Assembly (NCBI GenBank): GCA_963695555.1
Contig: CAVOGR010000002.1
Coordinates: 160,001 to 224,000, forward strand
DNA from: an uncultured Gemmatimonadales bacterium
GTDB taxonomy: Bacteria > Gemmatimonadota > Gemmatimonadetes > Gemmatimonadales > GWC2-71-9
DNA length: 64,000 bases
Direction: 5' to 3'
The notes under the pieces are model-generated. The model saw only the letters and a list, made by a program, of their open reading frames with translations. It was not told the origin of the DNA and searched no databases. Position numbers and translations under genes: made by a program. This document shows, one piece after another, positions 18,337-28,812 of the stretch. The first letter of the stretch is position 1. Every line of letters starts with the position of its first letter.

Positions 18337-19449
18337 TTAGGGAATCCGGTCGTCCGCCGGGGGGGTGCTGGGGTCCGCTGGGGTATCGATCACGGGCTCG
18401 ACCGACGCCGGAGGAGAGAAGCCCGGCCCGGATGCCGGGACCGTTCCCGACACACCTGGGACCACCAGGTATTCCTCCCGGTACATCCGGATCAGTTCAA
18501 ACAGGTAGGACAGGGCCAGCGGGCCAATCAGGATGCCGAGCAAGCCGAAGAACCGCACGCCGGCAAAAGCGCCGATCAGGGTGATCAACGGATGGATATT
18601 GGCCCATCGGCGGTAGATGAGTGGCCGCAGAATGTTGTCGATGTTGCCCACCAGCACGAGACCCCAGAGGCCCAAGAAAATCGCTCCGCCGATCCGCTGT
18701 TCGAATACCAACGCCACCGTGCCGGGAACCCAGACCAACCCGCTCCCGACTACTGGGAGGATCGAAAGCACGGCCGTCACTACACCCCAAAAGAACGCGT
18801 TGGAGAGCCCGCTCCACCAGAACCCGAGGCCAACCAGTGTTCCCTGCACCGCGGCGATCAGACCGGTACCGATGAGTGTCGAGTTGGTCACGTCGCGAAA
18901 GCGGCGGCGCAGCCGCTCCGCACTATCTGAGGAGAATGGGATATAGGGGCGAACGGCATCCCAGGTGACGTCGGGATACAACAAGAGATAGTAGAGACCG
19001 AACAGCGCGATCGTGAGGTTCAGTGTTACCCGCGTTGCTGTCCCGAGAAGACCGAGGGCGCTCCGTCCGATGAACGAGACAATCTGTTCGCCCGCCGCCG
19101 CAATCTGGGGCCCGACGTCGAACTGTCCGATTCGCAGTTCCGACAAACGCGAGAGGAACGGGCTCCGGATCACGCCGCTGGCAATGCTCTGCGCCTCCGT
19201 CGCGACCAGTCCCACGAAGGACACGCCGGGGCCGATGATGAGGACCACGGCCAGTGCCACCACCAGAGCCGCCGCCACCGATGGCTTGATGCGCGCGCCC
19301 AGCCATCGATGAAATGGCCGGAAAATGACGAACAGGACCGGAATCCCGATGAGCCCGGTGGCGAATGGGGCGAGCGCGAAGGCGAGCCCCACCCCGAGCA
19401 ACATGATCAGGAGGGCGGCACGCTGATGATTGGTATCGAGAAATGGCAT
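18337..19449 (-). CDS. AI-2E (UPF0118) family transporter
   Basis: LPVVGSGLVWVP, IDNILRP, IHPL...G...FGLLGILIGP. Confidence 0.9.
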   Translation of the reverse strand: MPFLDTNHQRAALLIMLLGVGLAFALAPFATGLIGIPVLFVIFRPFHRWLGARIKPSVAAALVVALAVVLIIGPGVSFVGLVATEAQSIASGVIRSPFLSRLSELRIGQFDVGPQIAAAGEQIVSFIGRSALGLLGTATRVTLNLTIALFGLYYLLLYPDVTWDAVRPYIPFSSDSAERLRRRFRDVTNSTLIGTGLIAAVQGTLVGLGFWWSGLSNAFFWGVVTAVLSILPVVGSGLVWVPGTVALVFEQRIGGAIFLGLWGLVLVGNIDNILRPLIYRRWANIHPLITLIGAFAGVRFFGLLGILIGPLALSYLFELIRMYREEYLVVPGVSGTVPASGPGFSPPASVEPVIDTPADPSTPPADDRIP

Positions 19450-19727
19450 GGGGCCGTCGAAAACGGAGTTGAGGCGCCCTCGTCCCCTCGGCGGGCGCTC
19501 GAGCTGTCCACGTCACCCACCCCTCGGACGTGCCAGTGGGCCACCGAGCCACGGCCGGGCTTGACCGGCGAGCCGTAGGCGCCAAATGAGCGGGCTCCAT
19601 ATATAGCAGCCCCACAGCAAGAATGCAGGCGACCGGGGCTCGTCGCAATATGAAACTTTTGGTCGCTCGATGCGTCGGGAACCCGACAGAATCTCCTGAT
19701 CATCCAAGCACGCTCTGGAGGTGTGGC

Positions 19728-20848
19728 ATGCGGCCGGATCGACGACTCATCATGATCGCCGTGGCCCTGGCGTTCGGAGCACAGGGCTGCCGCGATGCGA
19801 GTGCCAACGGTGGAGAGGGCGGACGCCCCTACCGCGTGGGCACCGTGGATCGGGGACAGATCCGGGTGGTGGTGGAAGAAACCGGCATCGTGGAGCCGGA
19901 ACGCCAAATCATCGTCAAGTCGCCCATCTCAGGTGTGGTGCAGCGTCTGAGTGTCCGGGAAGGCGACCGCGTACGCCGCGGGCAACACCTGGCGCGAATC
20001 CTCCCCGATATCGCCCAGGCGAATGCGCTGGCCCAGATTCGCAGCGACATCGCCGCCGCTACCATCACCCGTGAGAACGCGGAACGAGAGTATCAGCGTG
20101 CCCTCGAGCTCAGCCGCACGGGGGGCATTGCCCAGACGGATCTCGATCAGCGCACGGTGGACCTCGAGCAGGCTCGCAATCAACACCGCACCGCGATGGA
20201 TCAGTTGCGGCTCGTGGAATTGAGCGGCGTGACGGCGGTCGACTCGGCCCAATGGGCGAACATCACGGCGCCGTCGTCGGGCGTGGTCATCCGCCGCGGC
20301 GTCGAGGCTGGCGAGACGGTCGTGGGCGGGACGAGTGCGTTCGGAGGTGGCACAGAACTCTTCACGATCGCCGACTTATCGACCCTGCTCGTCAAGGCGT
20401 CCATCAACGAGGTCGACATCGGCAAGGTTGCGGTCGACGACAGCGTGTCCCTGACCGTCGACGCGTTTCCCGGCGACACGACGCCCGGTGTCGTGCGATT
20501 AGTGCCACCGGCGGCCCGGCAGGACGACCGGGTTCGCGTGTTCGATGTCGAGATCGAAGCGCGGACGGGGGCGGCATTCTCCGGCCGGGGATGACCGCAA
20601 ACGTCCCCATCTTCGGGCCAAGTCGAGATGACGTGGCACGCGTCCCCGTCGAAGCGGTGTTCATCAACGAGGGTCAACCGGTCGTGTATCGGGTCATGGG
20701 GAACGACCACCAGCGCACACCGATCACGCTGGGGTTGAGCGACTTGGCCTTCGTCGAGGTCCTGAGCGGCGTCGCATCAGGCGACACGGTCGCGCTCGAG
20801 GATCCGATCGCGGCGATCGAACGAGCCGCCAATCCCGCCCGCCGATGA
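19728..20848 (+). CDS. MacA-like periplasmic adaptor (MFP); one frameshift near 20560
   Basis: IVKSPISGVV, ITAPSSGVV, INEVDIGKV in the first frame; the canonical LRPGMTANV tail lies in the -1 frame and ends overlapping the ATPase start. Confidence 0.85.
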
Positions 20849-21519
20849 TGCCGGCGCTCATCGAAGCCCGCGACCTCGAGAAGATCTATCGCCTGGGCCG
20901 AGTGGACGTGCCGGCCCTGCGCGGGGTAGACGTGGCCGTGGCGAGCGGGGAGTTCGTGGCGATCGTCGGGCCGTCGGGCTCGGGCAAGAGCACACTCATG
21001 CACATCCTCGGCTGTCTCGATTCCGCGACAGCCGGGACCTACATGCTCGACGGTGAGGACGTCAGCGGGCTCAGCGGCAAGCGCCTGGCCCAGGTGCGCA
21101 ACCGCAAGGTCGGGTTCGTCTTCCAGACATTCAATCTCATGCCCCGGCTCAACGTCGAAGAGAACGTGGCGCTTCCCCTCAAGTACCGTGGCGGCATTCC
21201 ACACCGGGCACGACGGGCCCGGGCGCTCGAGATTCTCGCGCGCCTGAAATTGGACGATCGGATTCATCACCGCCCCGATGAGCTCTCCGGCGGACAGCGC
21301 CAGCGGGTCGCCATTGCCCGCGCGCTGGTGGGGGAACCCGCCATTCTCATGGCCGACGAACCAACCGGGAATCTCGACTCTCGAGCCGGGGGCGAGGTGC
21401 TCGAGACGTTCGAGGAACTCCATGCCGCCGGGCACACCATCGTCATGGTCACCCACGATGCTCATAATGCGGCACGGGCTCAGCGCATCATCGAGATCAG
21501 CGACGGAAAGGTGGTATGA
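20845..21519 (+). CDS. MacB/LolD-type ABC ATP-binding protein
   Basis: [42 protein letters not shown]. Confidence 0.95.
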   Translation: MMPALIEARDLEKIYRLGRVDVPALRGVDVAVASGEFVAIVGPSGSGKSTLMHILGCLDSATAGTYMLDGEDVSGLSGKRLAQVRNRKVGFVFQTFNLMPRLNVEENVALPLKYRGGIPHRARRARALEILARLKLDDRIHHRPDELSGGQRQRVAIARALVGEPAILMADEPTGNLDSRAGGEVLETFEELHAAGHTIVMVTHDAHNAARAQRIIEISDGKVV

Positions 21520-22739
21520 ACCTCTTCGAGTCGCTCCTCTCCGGCCTCGATGAGGCCCGCCGCCATTGGGGCCAGACGCTCCTGTCCTTGCTCGGCCTCG
21601 TCCTCGGAACAGGGAGCATCGTCACGGTCCTGGCTCTGTTTGGAGGCCAGACCGCGCTCACCCAGCAGTACCTGGAAGAAGTCGGCGGAATCGGGACCAT
21701 GATCGTCTCCGACCGAGACGAGCCGGCACGACCGACTGCACGGGAGCGAGCATCGAAGCGGCTGACGTACGACGACGCGGCTTTTCTCAAGCAGCGGGCT
21801 CAAACGCTCTCGGCCGTGAGCCCTGGCTGGGCCGAAGACCTCGATTACCGCGCCGGGGCGACGAGCTTCCGCGGTCAGGTGATCGGCACCGTGCCTGATT
21901 ACGCCGTCATCAACGATATCCGTCCCCTCGTGGGCCGGTACCTGAGCGCCCTGGATGTGGCCAACCATGCTCGGGTCATCGTGATGGGATGGAAGTACGC
22001 CGACTCCTTGTTCGGAGGGCCGACCCGGGCGTTGGACCAGCTCGTGACCATTGGGGGCAAGCAGTTTGTGGTCGTGGGGGTGCTCGAACGGGAGGAGTTC
22101 TATTTCGCGTCCTGGGAAGGAAACGCCCTCGAGTATCGTAACGAACGCGCCTACATCCCGATCACGACGGCGATCACCCACTTCGGCGGGGTCGACCGAT
22201 TGAGCTTCCTGACATTGAAGGCCACGCGGGATGGGCGGGCGACGGCGGAGTCGGAGGTGCGGAGCCTCCTGTTCGCTCGGCACGGGGTGGAGGATTTCGA
22301 TCTGCGTCCGTCCGGTGCGGGGGCCGGATCGGACAGCGGGAATTTCTTGCAACTCTTCAATTACATCTTTCTGGTCGTCGGCGTCGTGTCGCTCTTCGCC
22401 GGCGGGATCGTTATCGCCAACATTCTGCTCGCGTCGGTCGTCGAGCGAGTACGCGAATTCGGCACTCGAATGGCGCTGGGCGCGTCGGCGGGAAGCATCT
22501 TCGCCCATGTCTTGGCCGAGGTCATGGTCATTACCGTCATCGGAGCCGCCCTGGGACTGGCCCTGGGCCGAGCCCTGACCGGGACCGTCGCCTATTTCAT
22601 GCAGATGCCCGCCGTCGTGAGCCCGGTCATCGCCGTGGTGGCGACGGGCACGGCGCTCACGGTTGGACTCGCCGCCGGCATCTATCCAGCATGGCGGGCA
22701 GCAAGGCTCGAGCCGGTGGAGGCGTTACGCTATGGGTGA
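21516..22739 (+). CDS. MacB/FtsX-type ABC permease
   Basis: GGIVIANILLASVVERVREFGTRMALGA, YPAWRAARLEPVEALR. Confidence 0.92.
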   Translation: MNLFESLLSGLDEARRHWGQTLLSLLGLVLGTGSIVTVLALFGGQTALTQQYLEEVGGIGTMIVSDRDEPARPTARERASKRLTYDDAAFLKQRAQTLSAVSPGWAEDLDYRAGATSFRGQVIGTVPDYAVINDIRPLVGRYLSALDVANHARVIVMGWKYADSLFGGPTRALDQLVTIGGKQFVVVGVLEREEFYFASWEGNALEYRNERAYIPITTAITHFGGVDRLSFLTLKATRDGRATAESEVRSLLFARHGVEDFDLRPSGAGAGSDSGNFLQLFNYIFLVVGVVSLFAGGIVIANILLASVVERVREFGTRMALGASAGSIFAHVLAEVMVITVIGAALGLALGRALTGTVAYFMQMPAVVSPVIAVVATGTALTVGLAAGIYPAWRAARLEPVEALRYG

Positions 22740-24009
22740 CGCGAGCAGCCGGTGGGTCCGAGTCTCTGAGGCAGGCGAACTGATCGTTGACGCGCTCCGC
22801 GAGATCTGGGCGCACCCACTGCGATCGGTGCTCACCCTCTCCGGCATCGTGTTCGGTGCCGCCTCGCTGGTGTCGATGACGTCGCTCGCTGCGGCCATGC
22901 GAACCCTGGCCCATGACGATCTCATCGCCATGGGATACCCACGGAGCTATTCCATCATCGACCGGGACCCGCCGTCGGATGCCGCGACTGCTGGCACGCT
23001 CAGGCATCCGGGTCTCAAACTCGGAGATCTCGATGCGCTCCGCGGCCTCCCGGGTGTGGAGTCGGTCCATGGCCGCAACTTCGGTGGCCAGTACATCGTC
23101 AGCGCACCAGCCGGCCAGCGCGATATCCGAATCGACGGCGTGGATGCCGGCTATCTCGAAATGCGCAACTATCGCATCGTCGCCGGGCGCAGCTTGCGCG
23201 TTCTAGACGTTGAGAATCGGTCCCGCGTGGTTGTGGTCGGTTCCGAGTTGGTGCGCCCATTGTTCGGCGCCATGGACCCCATTGGTCGGAGTGTCGCGAT
23301 CGATGGCGTCCGGTTCCTCGTCGTCGGCGTGGTGGCACCCATCACCTTCGACCTCGTCCCGGCTGACTTCAGCTTCGTGGCGCGGCGTCTCTACGTGCCC
23401 TACACCTACCTCACCAGATACTACCAGGGAGAGGCACGAATCGACCTCGCCTTGATAACGGCCAAACCGGCCGCTTCGTTTTCAGCGGTGCTGCGAGACG
23501 GCACTCGCCTGGTCCGCCAACGTCATGGCGGGGTCGAGGATTTCACGATCGACAATGAGGCCGCCGATGTCCTGTCCGACCTTGCAATGGCCGACAACAT
23601 CCTGAAAGGATGGAATGGGGTGATGTTCACCATCGCGGGGGTCACCCTCGTGGTGGGCGGCATTGGACTCTTCAGCGTTCTCTTGATTTCAGTCCGAGAG
23701 CGGGTCCGTGAGATCGGGATCCGAAAATCCCTCGGCGCCGATGAGGGTGCGATTCTCCGTCTCTTCCTCGCCGAGTCCCTCACGCTCGCGTTCCTCGGGG
23801 CGGTGGTCGGCACGGTGGGCGGTGTGGGCTTGATCCTGATCACCGAGCGGATCGGTGCCGCATTCGGCAAGCCGTTCAGCATCCCCCTGAGTCAAACCGG
23901 AATGATCGTCGCCATCGTATTCGCAGTGGTCGTCGGAGTGGTCTTTGGCTGGTATCCCGCCCGCCGAGCCGCAAAGCTCGACCCCATTGCCGCGATCGCC
24001 GGCGTCTAG
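22732..24009 (+). CDS. MacB/FtsX-type ABC permease (second)
   Basis: SVRERVREIGIRKSLGA, YPARRAAKLDPI; ATG 22732 overlaps the previous gene end. Confidence 0.92.
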   Translation: MGDASSRWVRVSEAGELIVDALREIWAHPLRSVLTLSGIVFGAASLVSMTSLAAAMRTLAHDDLIAMGYPRSYSIIDRDPPSDAATAGTLRHPGLKLGDLDALRGLPGVESVHGRNFGGQYIVSAPAGQRDIRIDGVDAGYLEMRNYRIVAGRSLRVLDVENRSRVVVVGSELVRPLFGAMDPIGRSVAIDGVRFLVVGVVAPITFDLVPADFSFVARRLYVPYTYLTRYYQGEARIDLALITAKPAASFSAVLRDGTRLVRQRHGGVEDFTIDNEAADVLSDLAMADNILKGWNGVMFTIAGVTLVVGGIGLFSVLLISVRERVREIGIRKSLGADEGAILRLFLAESLTLAFLGAVVGTVGGVGLILITERIGAAFGKPFSIPLSQTGMIVAIVFAVVVGVVFGWYPARRAAKLDPIAAIAGV

Positions 24010-24148
24010 ACCGCTCTCGCTGTCTAAAACCTTGACGGCAAAACCTGGGATAGTGCCAATCGGTGCAATCGGCAATATCTTGATTACCTTTTGAAGGATC
24101 CCCCTTTGTGGGGGCGGTCTTCTTTCCTGATCTTCAACGGAGTGTGAC

Positions 24149-25523
24149 ATGAAAATCCTACTGGGCGCCGCTCTTGGATTAGCCGCCTGGTTCCTCCCTC
24201 AGGCCGCCGTCGCCCAAGGCGGCGGAACGGTTGAACTGGGTGCGCTGGGCCAATACACGATCTTCGATCAGTCCCTCACGTTCGACGACGCCATCCTGGT
24301 CGGCGGGCGTATCGGCGTCTTCCTCAAGCCCAGTATCTCGCTCGAGGCTCAAGGCGCCTACGGCAAGACCGACCTGACCTCGGGAGCAGCCAGAGCCTCG
24401 TTCTTCCCCATCCATGGTCGGTTGCTCTTTCACGTTCCGCTGGCGAATCGGGTCCACTTCATCGTTGGGCCCGGGTACGTGCACCACGAGTTCGGTGACG
24501 ACTTCGACGGGTCGGAAGACGGCGTCAGCGGGCTCGGCGGGTTCCGCTTCGGCCTGAGCGACAACGTGGCACTTCCGAGTGGAAGGGATCGTCGACTACG
24601 TCCCGACGCCGGCAAACGCCGGCCCAGGAGTGGACGACGGCTGGACCTACGGCATTCAGGCCGGCCTTTCCTTCCTCTTGGGCGGACACGCCCCCAAGGA
24701 CACTGACGGCGACGGGATCAATGACCGACTCGATCGCTGCCCCGGCACGCCGATGGGCGACATGGTCGACCCCACCGGCTGTGCGATTCCCAAGGATCGG
24801 GACCGAGACGGCGTGCTGGACACGGCCGACCGCTGCCCCAACACCGCGGCCGGGGTACGGGTGGACGCCACCGGCTGCCCGGTGGATACCGACGGCGACG
24901 GGGTTACCGATTCGGCTGACCGCTGCCCCAACACGGCACGTGGCGCGCAGGTGGACGCCCAGGGGTGCCCGCTGGCGACCGACGTCGACGGCGATGGCGT
25001 GGTGGATTCGGTAGATCGTTGCCCCAACTCACCACGCGGCGCCGTGGTCGACAGCGAGGGCTGCACCGTCCCGCAGGACACCGACGGGGACGGCGTCGAT
25101 GACAGTCTCGATCGTTGCCCCGCAACGGCGACCGGCACGCAAGTCGACGCGGTGGGCTGCCCGATCTTGTTCCGGGACCAACAGACGATACTGATTCTCG
25201 AAGGCGTCACGTTCGCGAGCGGCCGGGCCGACCTCACCCAGGCGGCACGAGCCATTCTGCTCACGGTGGCCCAGTCGTTGATCGGCAACCCCACCGTTCG
25301 GGTGGAAATCGCCGGACACACCGACATCACCGGATCGCGCGACGTGAACATGCGGCTGTCGCAGAGCCGCGCTGATGCCGTGCGGAACTTCCTCATCCGC
25401 AATGGCGTGGATGCGGAACGTCTGGTGGCGCGGGGCTATGGCCCCGATGAGGCGGTCGCGGACAACGCCACCGCTGCCGGGCGCGCGGAAAACCGTCGCG
25501 TGGAGTTGCGGCGGCAGAACTAA
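24149..25523 (+). CDS. OmpA/OprF-like protein (beta-barrel + TSP type-3 Ca-binding repeats + OmpA-C); one frameshift near 24574
   Basis: Signal peptide and barrel; five DxDGDGVxDxxDRCPxT...GC-type repeats; GHTD...LSQSRA...RGYG...NRRVE. Confidence 0.88.
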
Positions 25524-25577
25524 GCCATCACGGGGGAGTGGGCACGAGACCAACGTGCCCACTCACCTTTTCCCATC

Positions 25578-26180
25578 ATGCAGCACAATCCTCAGGCTTC
25601 GGTTCGAGGATTGGCCCGGGTGCGGAACCAGGCCCTCCTATGGGCCCGGGGCCGCTCCTGGCCTTGGCGGGCCCTGATAGTGCTCTACGTAGCATATGCC
25701 GGGTTCCGCCACTTGGCCGATCCAGACTACCGGAGCATCTTCTCCGGTATCACCTTCGGGGTGCACGAACTCGGTCACCTCGTCTTCGCGTTCTTCGGCT
25801 CTTTCCTTGCCGTCGCCGGCGGTACCATCGCCCAGCTCGCGCTGCCGATCGCGGCCGGCGCGTTGCTCTGGAGCCACCGGGATTATTTCGGGGTTGCCGT
25901 GGCCGGCGGGTGGCTGTCGATGAGCCTCGCGGAGATGGCGGTATACATGGCCGACGCGCGCGAGCAATCCCTGACCTTGCTCGGATTTGGACCCGACCCC
26001 GCGCACGATTGGTACTACCTCTTGTCAGCGATGGGATTGTTGGAGCAGGATCGTGCGCTGGCGGACGTAGCCCGCTTGGCCGCACTCATGCTCCTGACAA
26101 CATCGCTGGTCGTGGGGACCTGGCTCTGTGTGGTCATGGCCCGCTCAGGCCGCATGGGTGAGGGCGCGCCGTCCCCATGA
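25578..26180 (+). CDS. Membrane protein with HExGH motif (peptidase M50B-like)
   Basis: VHELGHL, VAGGT, YMADAR, HDW; several TM helices. Confidence 0.7.
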   Translation: MQHNPQASVRGLARVRNQALLWARGRSWPWRALIVLYVAYAGFRHLADPDYRSIFSGITFGVHELGHLVFAFFGSFLAVAGGTIAQLALPIAAGALLWSHRDYFGVAVAGGWLSMSLAEMAVYMADAREQSLTLLGFGPDPAHDWYYLLSAMGLLEQDRALADVARLAALMLLTTSLVVGTWLCVVMARSGRMGEGAPSP

Positions 26181-26244
26181 GGGCGGTCGTGCTTTCCCTT
26201 GCTCCGGCGGTGTGATATCGTTCCTCGACTCTTCCATATTCGCC

Positions 26245-27753
26245 ATGAACTCTGAAGGCCGGCCCGACACAGACCTCGACGACCTCAGGAAACACCTGGC
26301 TGCCTTGAAAGCAGCCAGGAAATTGTATGCCAAGGATCCGGAAGAAGCGCGGGGGACGAGTCGCCGACTCGCCTCGACCCTAGCCCGTGTGCCAGGGAGC
26401 TCCCTGGGGTCAGCAGGCCAGGCGGTTGTCGCGGCGCCAGATGAGTACGTGCAGGCCGCACTTGAAGGCCTGATTGCTGCCCTGGAGCAGGAGATCGAGC
26501 TCGTGTCCGCCCCACGGGGCGTGGTGCTCCTCGTCGAGGACGACGCCTCCCTCGTCAAGTTGTTCAGCCACACCCTGACCCAGAAAGGCTGGACGGTGGC
26601 GGTCGCAGGAACCGCGCAGCAGGCCGAGGCAATTGCGCGAACGCAGCACCTCTCGGTGATAGTGCTCGACTTGGTCTTGCCGGACGCCGATGGGCGCAAC
26701 CTCTTGCTGCACTTCAAGCGAGATTCCCATACGGCAACCATTCCGGTTATCGTCGCATCCGCCCACGACGACTCGCACGTTCAAGCGGAGTGTTTTGCAC
26801 TCGGTGCATCTGACTTTCTCAAGAAGCCTGTCAAGCCCAAGAAGCTGCTTGACTTGGTCACTCGTCGGGCGATCGCTGCGCCCGCAAACGGCTCAGCAGG
26901 GCCAGGTCGCGGAACTTCCTTGCAGCTAGCAGATACTGCACAGCTCCGTGCGGCCTTCGGCAACGCCACGAAGACGCAGCGTACCTTGGCCATGATCGGT
27001 GTCGCCTCGTCACAACCAGGGACCGCTCCACCAGCCGGGGCCACGATTACGCGAGCGGTCGGACGAATCGGGGCAGCGATTGCCAAGGCCATTGAAGGCC
27101 AAGGGATTGTTGCCCGAATCGGCGTGGAAGAGTTGGCCGCCCTCTTCTTGGACTGCAACACCGATGCAGCCACACGGCGTTTGGAAGAGGTCAGGGATTC
27201 CATGACCCAGGGCATTGGGAGTGAGCTCGACCTAGCAGCCGGGATCACGCCGATCACTGCCGGCATGGATCTGGATGAGGCCATGGACGAGGCCGGACGG
27301 CTGCTCTACCTAGCGATCAAGTCCGCGGGCGCGCGTATTCTCAGCGACTCCGCCGCCGTCCCGCTTCCCACCGTCAAGATCCTGTTGGCGGAAGACGATG
27401 AATTGACGGCAAAGCTCTTGGTTTATCGCCTGACGCGTGAGCCGGGGTTTGAAGTGACACACAGCCCCGATGGGTTGGACGCGCTGGCGGTAGCGGAGAA
27501 CGAACAAATCGATCTCGCCATTCTGGACATCAACATGCCGGGCATCGACGGGTTCGACTTATTGTCTCGGCTACGTGAGATCCCGCGGTATGCCGATCTG
27601 CCTGTCGCGATGCTCACTGCACTTGGTAGCGAGCGTGACGTCGTCCGTGGGTTGGAGCTTGGCGCAAACGACTACATCGTGAAACCTTTCTCGCCGACTG
27701 AAGTCATCGCCCGCGTTCGGCGACTCCTCGGCCGCTCTCAGCGCGCCCGCTAG
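26245..27753 (+). CDS. Multi-domain response regulator: degenerate Hpt - REC - degenerate GGDEF - REC
   Basis: LLVEDD..LDLVLPDADG..KP; ARIGVEEL in place of ARxGGEEF; LAEDD..LDINMPGIDG..KPF. Confidence 0.82.
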   Translation: MNSEGRPDTDLDDLRKHLAALKAARKLYAKDPEEARGTSRRLASTLARVPGSSLGSAGQAVVAAPDEYVQAALEGLIAALEQEIELVSAPRGVVLLVEDDASLVKLFSHTLTQKGWTVAVAGTAQQAEAIARTQHLSVIVLDLVLPDADGRNLLLHFKRDSHTATIPVIVASAHDDSHVQAECFALGASDFLKKPVKPKKLLDLVTRRAIAAPANGSAGPGRGTSLQLADTAQLRAAFGNATKTQRTLAMIGVASSQPGTAPPAGATITRAVGRIGAAIAKAIEGQGIVARIGVEELAALFLDCNTDAATRRLEEVRDSMTQGIGSELDLAAGITPITAGMDLDEAMDEAGRLLYLAIKSAGARILSDSAAVPLPTVKILLAEDDELTAKLLVYRLTREPGFEVTHSPDGLDALAVAENEQIDLAILDINMPGIDGFDLLSRLREIPRYADLPVAMLTALGSERDVVRGLELGANDYIVKPFSPTEVIARVRRLLGRSQRAR

Positions 27754-28812
27754 ATGGACGGCGCATTTCCCTTCTCAGACCGTGGCCTCCAAGTCGTCGC
27801 GCTGGTCACGTTTCTCCTTCTCGCCTGCGCCGTCGCATTTACCCTCACAGCAGGATGGCTTCGGGCCGCCAATATCCGGAACGAGCGACGCTGGGCCCGA
27901 CTGGAAAAACTCTGGGAGCCCGTGATCATGGCGGTTCTCACCGGCGAGACCGCCGAGAGCGAACTCCGAGCTCGGGTTCACCGCCGAGATCACATGCGGT
28001 TCGCCGCGTTCCTGCTCCGGTACGCCCGGCAACTGAAAGGCGCCGAGCGAGACACGGTCCTGAGACTCGCCGCGCCATACCTCAACGAAATCGCAGTCGA
28101 TTTGCGGCGACGGAGCCCGGAAATTCGAGCCCGCGCTCTTCAGACCCTTGGGGAGCTGAGTGTCGCGGAGTACAGCCAGGAATTCTTGCGTGCGCTGGAC
28201 GACCGATCCCACCTCGTGGCCATGACGGCCGCGCAAGCTCTCGCACGGCACTACGACCCAGCCTACGCCGATCAGTTGATCCAGGTGCTCAATCGTTTTC
28301 AGCATTGGAGTATCGGATACCTAGCCGCGATGCTGGCAAACATGGGACCGGAGTCCGCGCCGGTTCTCAGGGCTGCCTTAGCTGACTCGACCCGCCCACC
28401 CCAGGTTCGCGCCGTGATTGCGCGCACGCTGACGTCGTTGAAGGACGTCGGTTCCGCCGACCTCGCGTGCGAGGTCCTCAAATCTGAACAGGACGTCGAC
28501 CTACTTGTTCCGATCCTCGGATTGATCGAGAAAGTGGGCAGGCGTGATCACCTACCAGCCGTTCGGGAACTCCTGCACTCCCCGGACCATGCCGTGCGAG
28601 CCAGTGCAGTAAGTACGCTGGCTCGCATCGGAACCCCGGCCGATACCGCCGCCATTCGTACCGCGTTGGACGATGAGTCGAACTGGGTCGTGCTCCATGC
28701 CGTTCGCGGACTCAGCGACATTGGCGAGACCGATTTCCTTGCGGACATGGCAGGGTCGGAACATCCGGGAGCCATAGCAGCACAGGAAATGTTGTGGAGC
28801 AAACAGGCATGA
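27754..28812 (+). CDS. Membrane-anchored HEAT-repeat protein
   Basis: N-terminal TM helix; repeats of the type SPEIRARALQTLG and DHAVRASAVSTLARIG. Confidence 0.85.
   Translation: MDGAFPFSDRGLQVVALVTFLLLACAVAFTLTAGWLRAANIRNERRWARLEKLWEPVIMAVLTGETAESELRARVHRRDHMRFAAFLLRYARQLKGAERDTVLRLAAPYLNEIAVDLRRRSPEIRARALQTLGELSVAEYSQEFLRALDDRSHLVAMTAAQALARHYDPAYADQLIQVLNRFQHWSIGYLAAMLANMGPESAPVLRAALADSTRPPQVRAVIARTLTSLKDVGSADLACEVLKSEQDVDLLVPILGLIEKVGRRDHLPAVRELLHSPDHAVRASAVSTLARIGTPADTAAIRTALDDESNWVVLHAVRGLSDIGETDFLADMAGSEHPGAIAAQEMLWSKQA

Noticed and set aside
20550..20594. Programmed ribosomal frameshifting in the MFP, OmpA or acylase genes
   Set aside because: No canonical slippery heptamer or stimulatory structure seen; mixed +1/-1 shifts in unrelated genes fit sequencing error better.
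24700..25165. CRISPR-like or DNA repeat array
   Set aside because: These are in-frame TSP type-3 protein repeats of the OmpA protein; no constant repeat-spacer structure and no cas genes.
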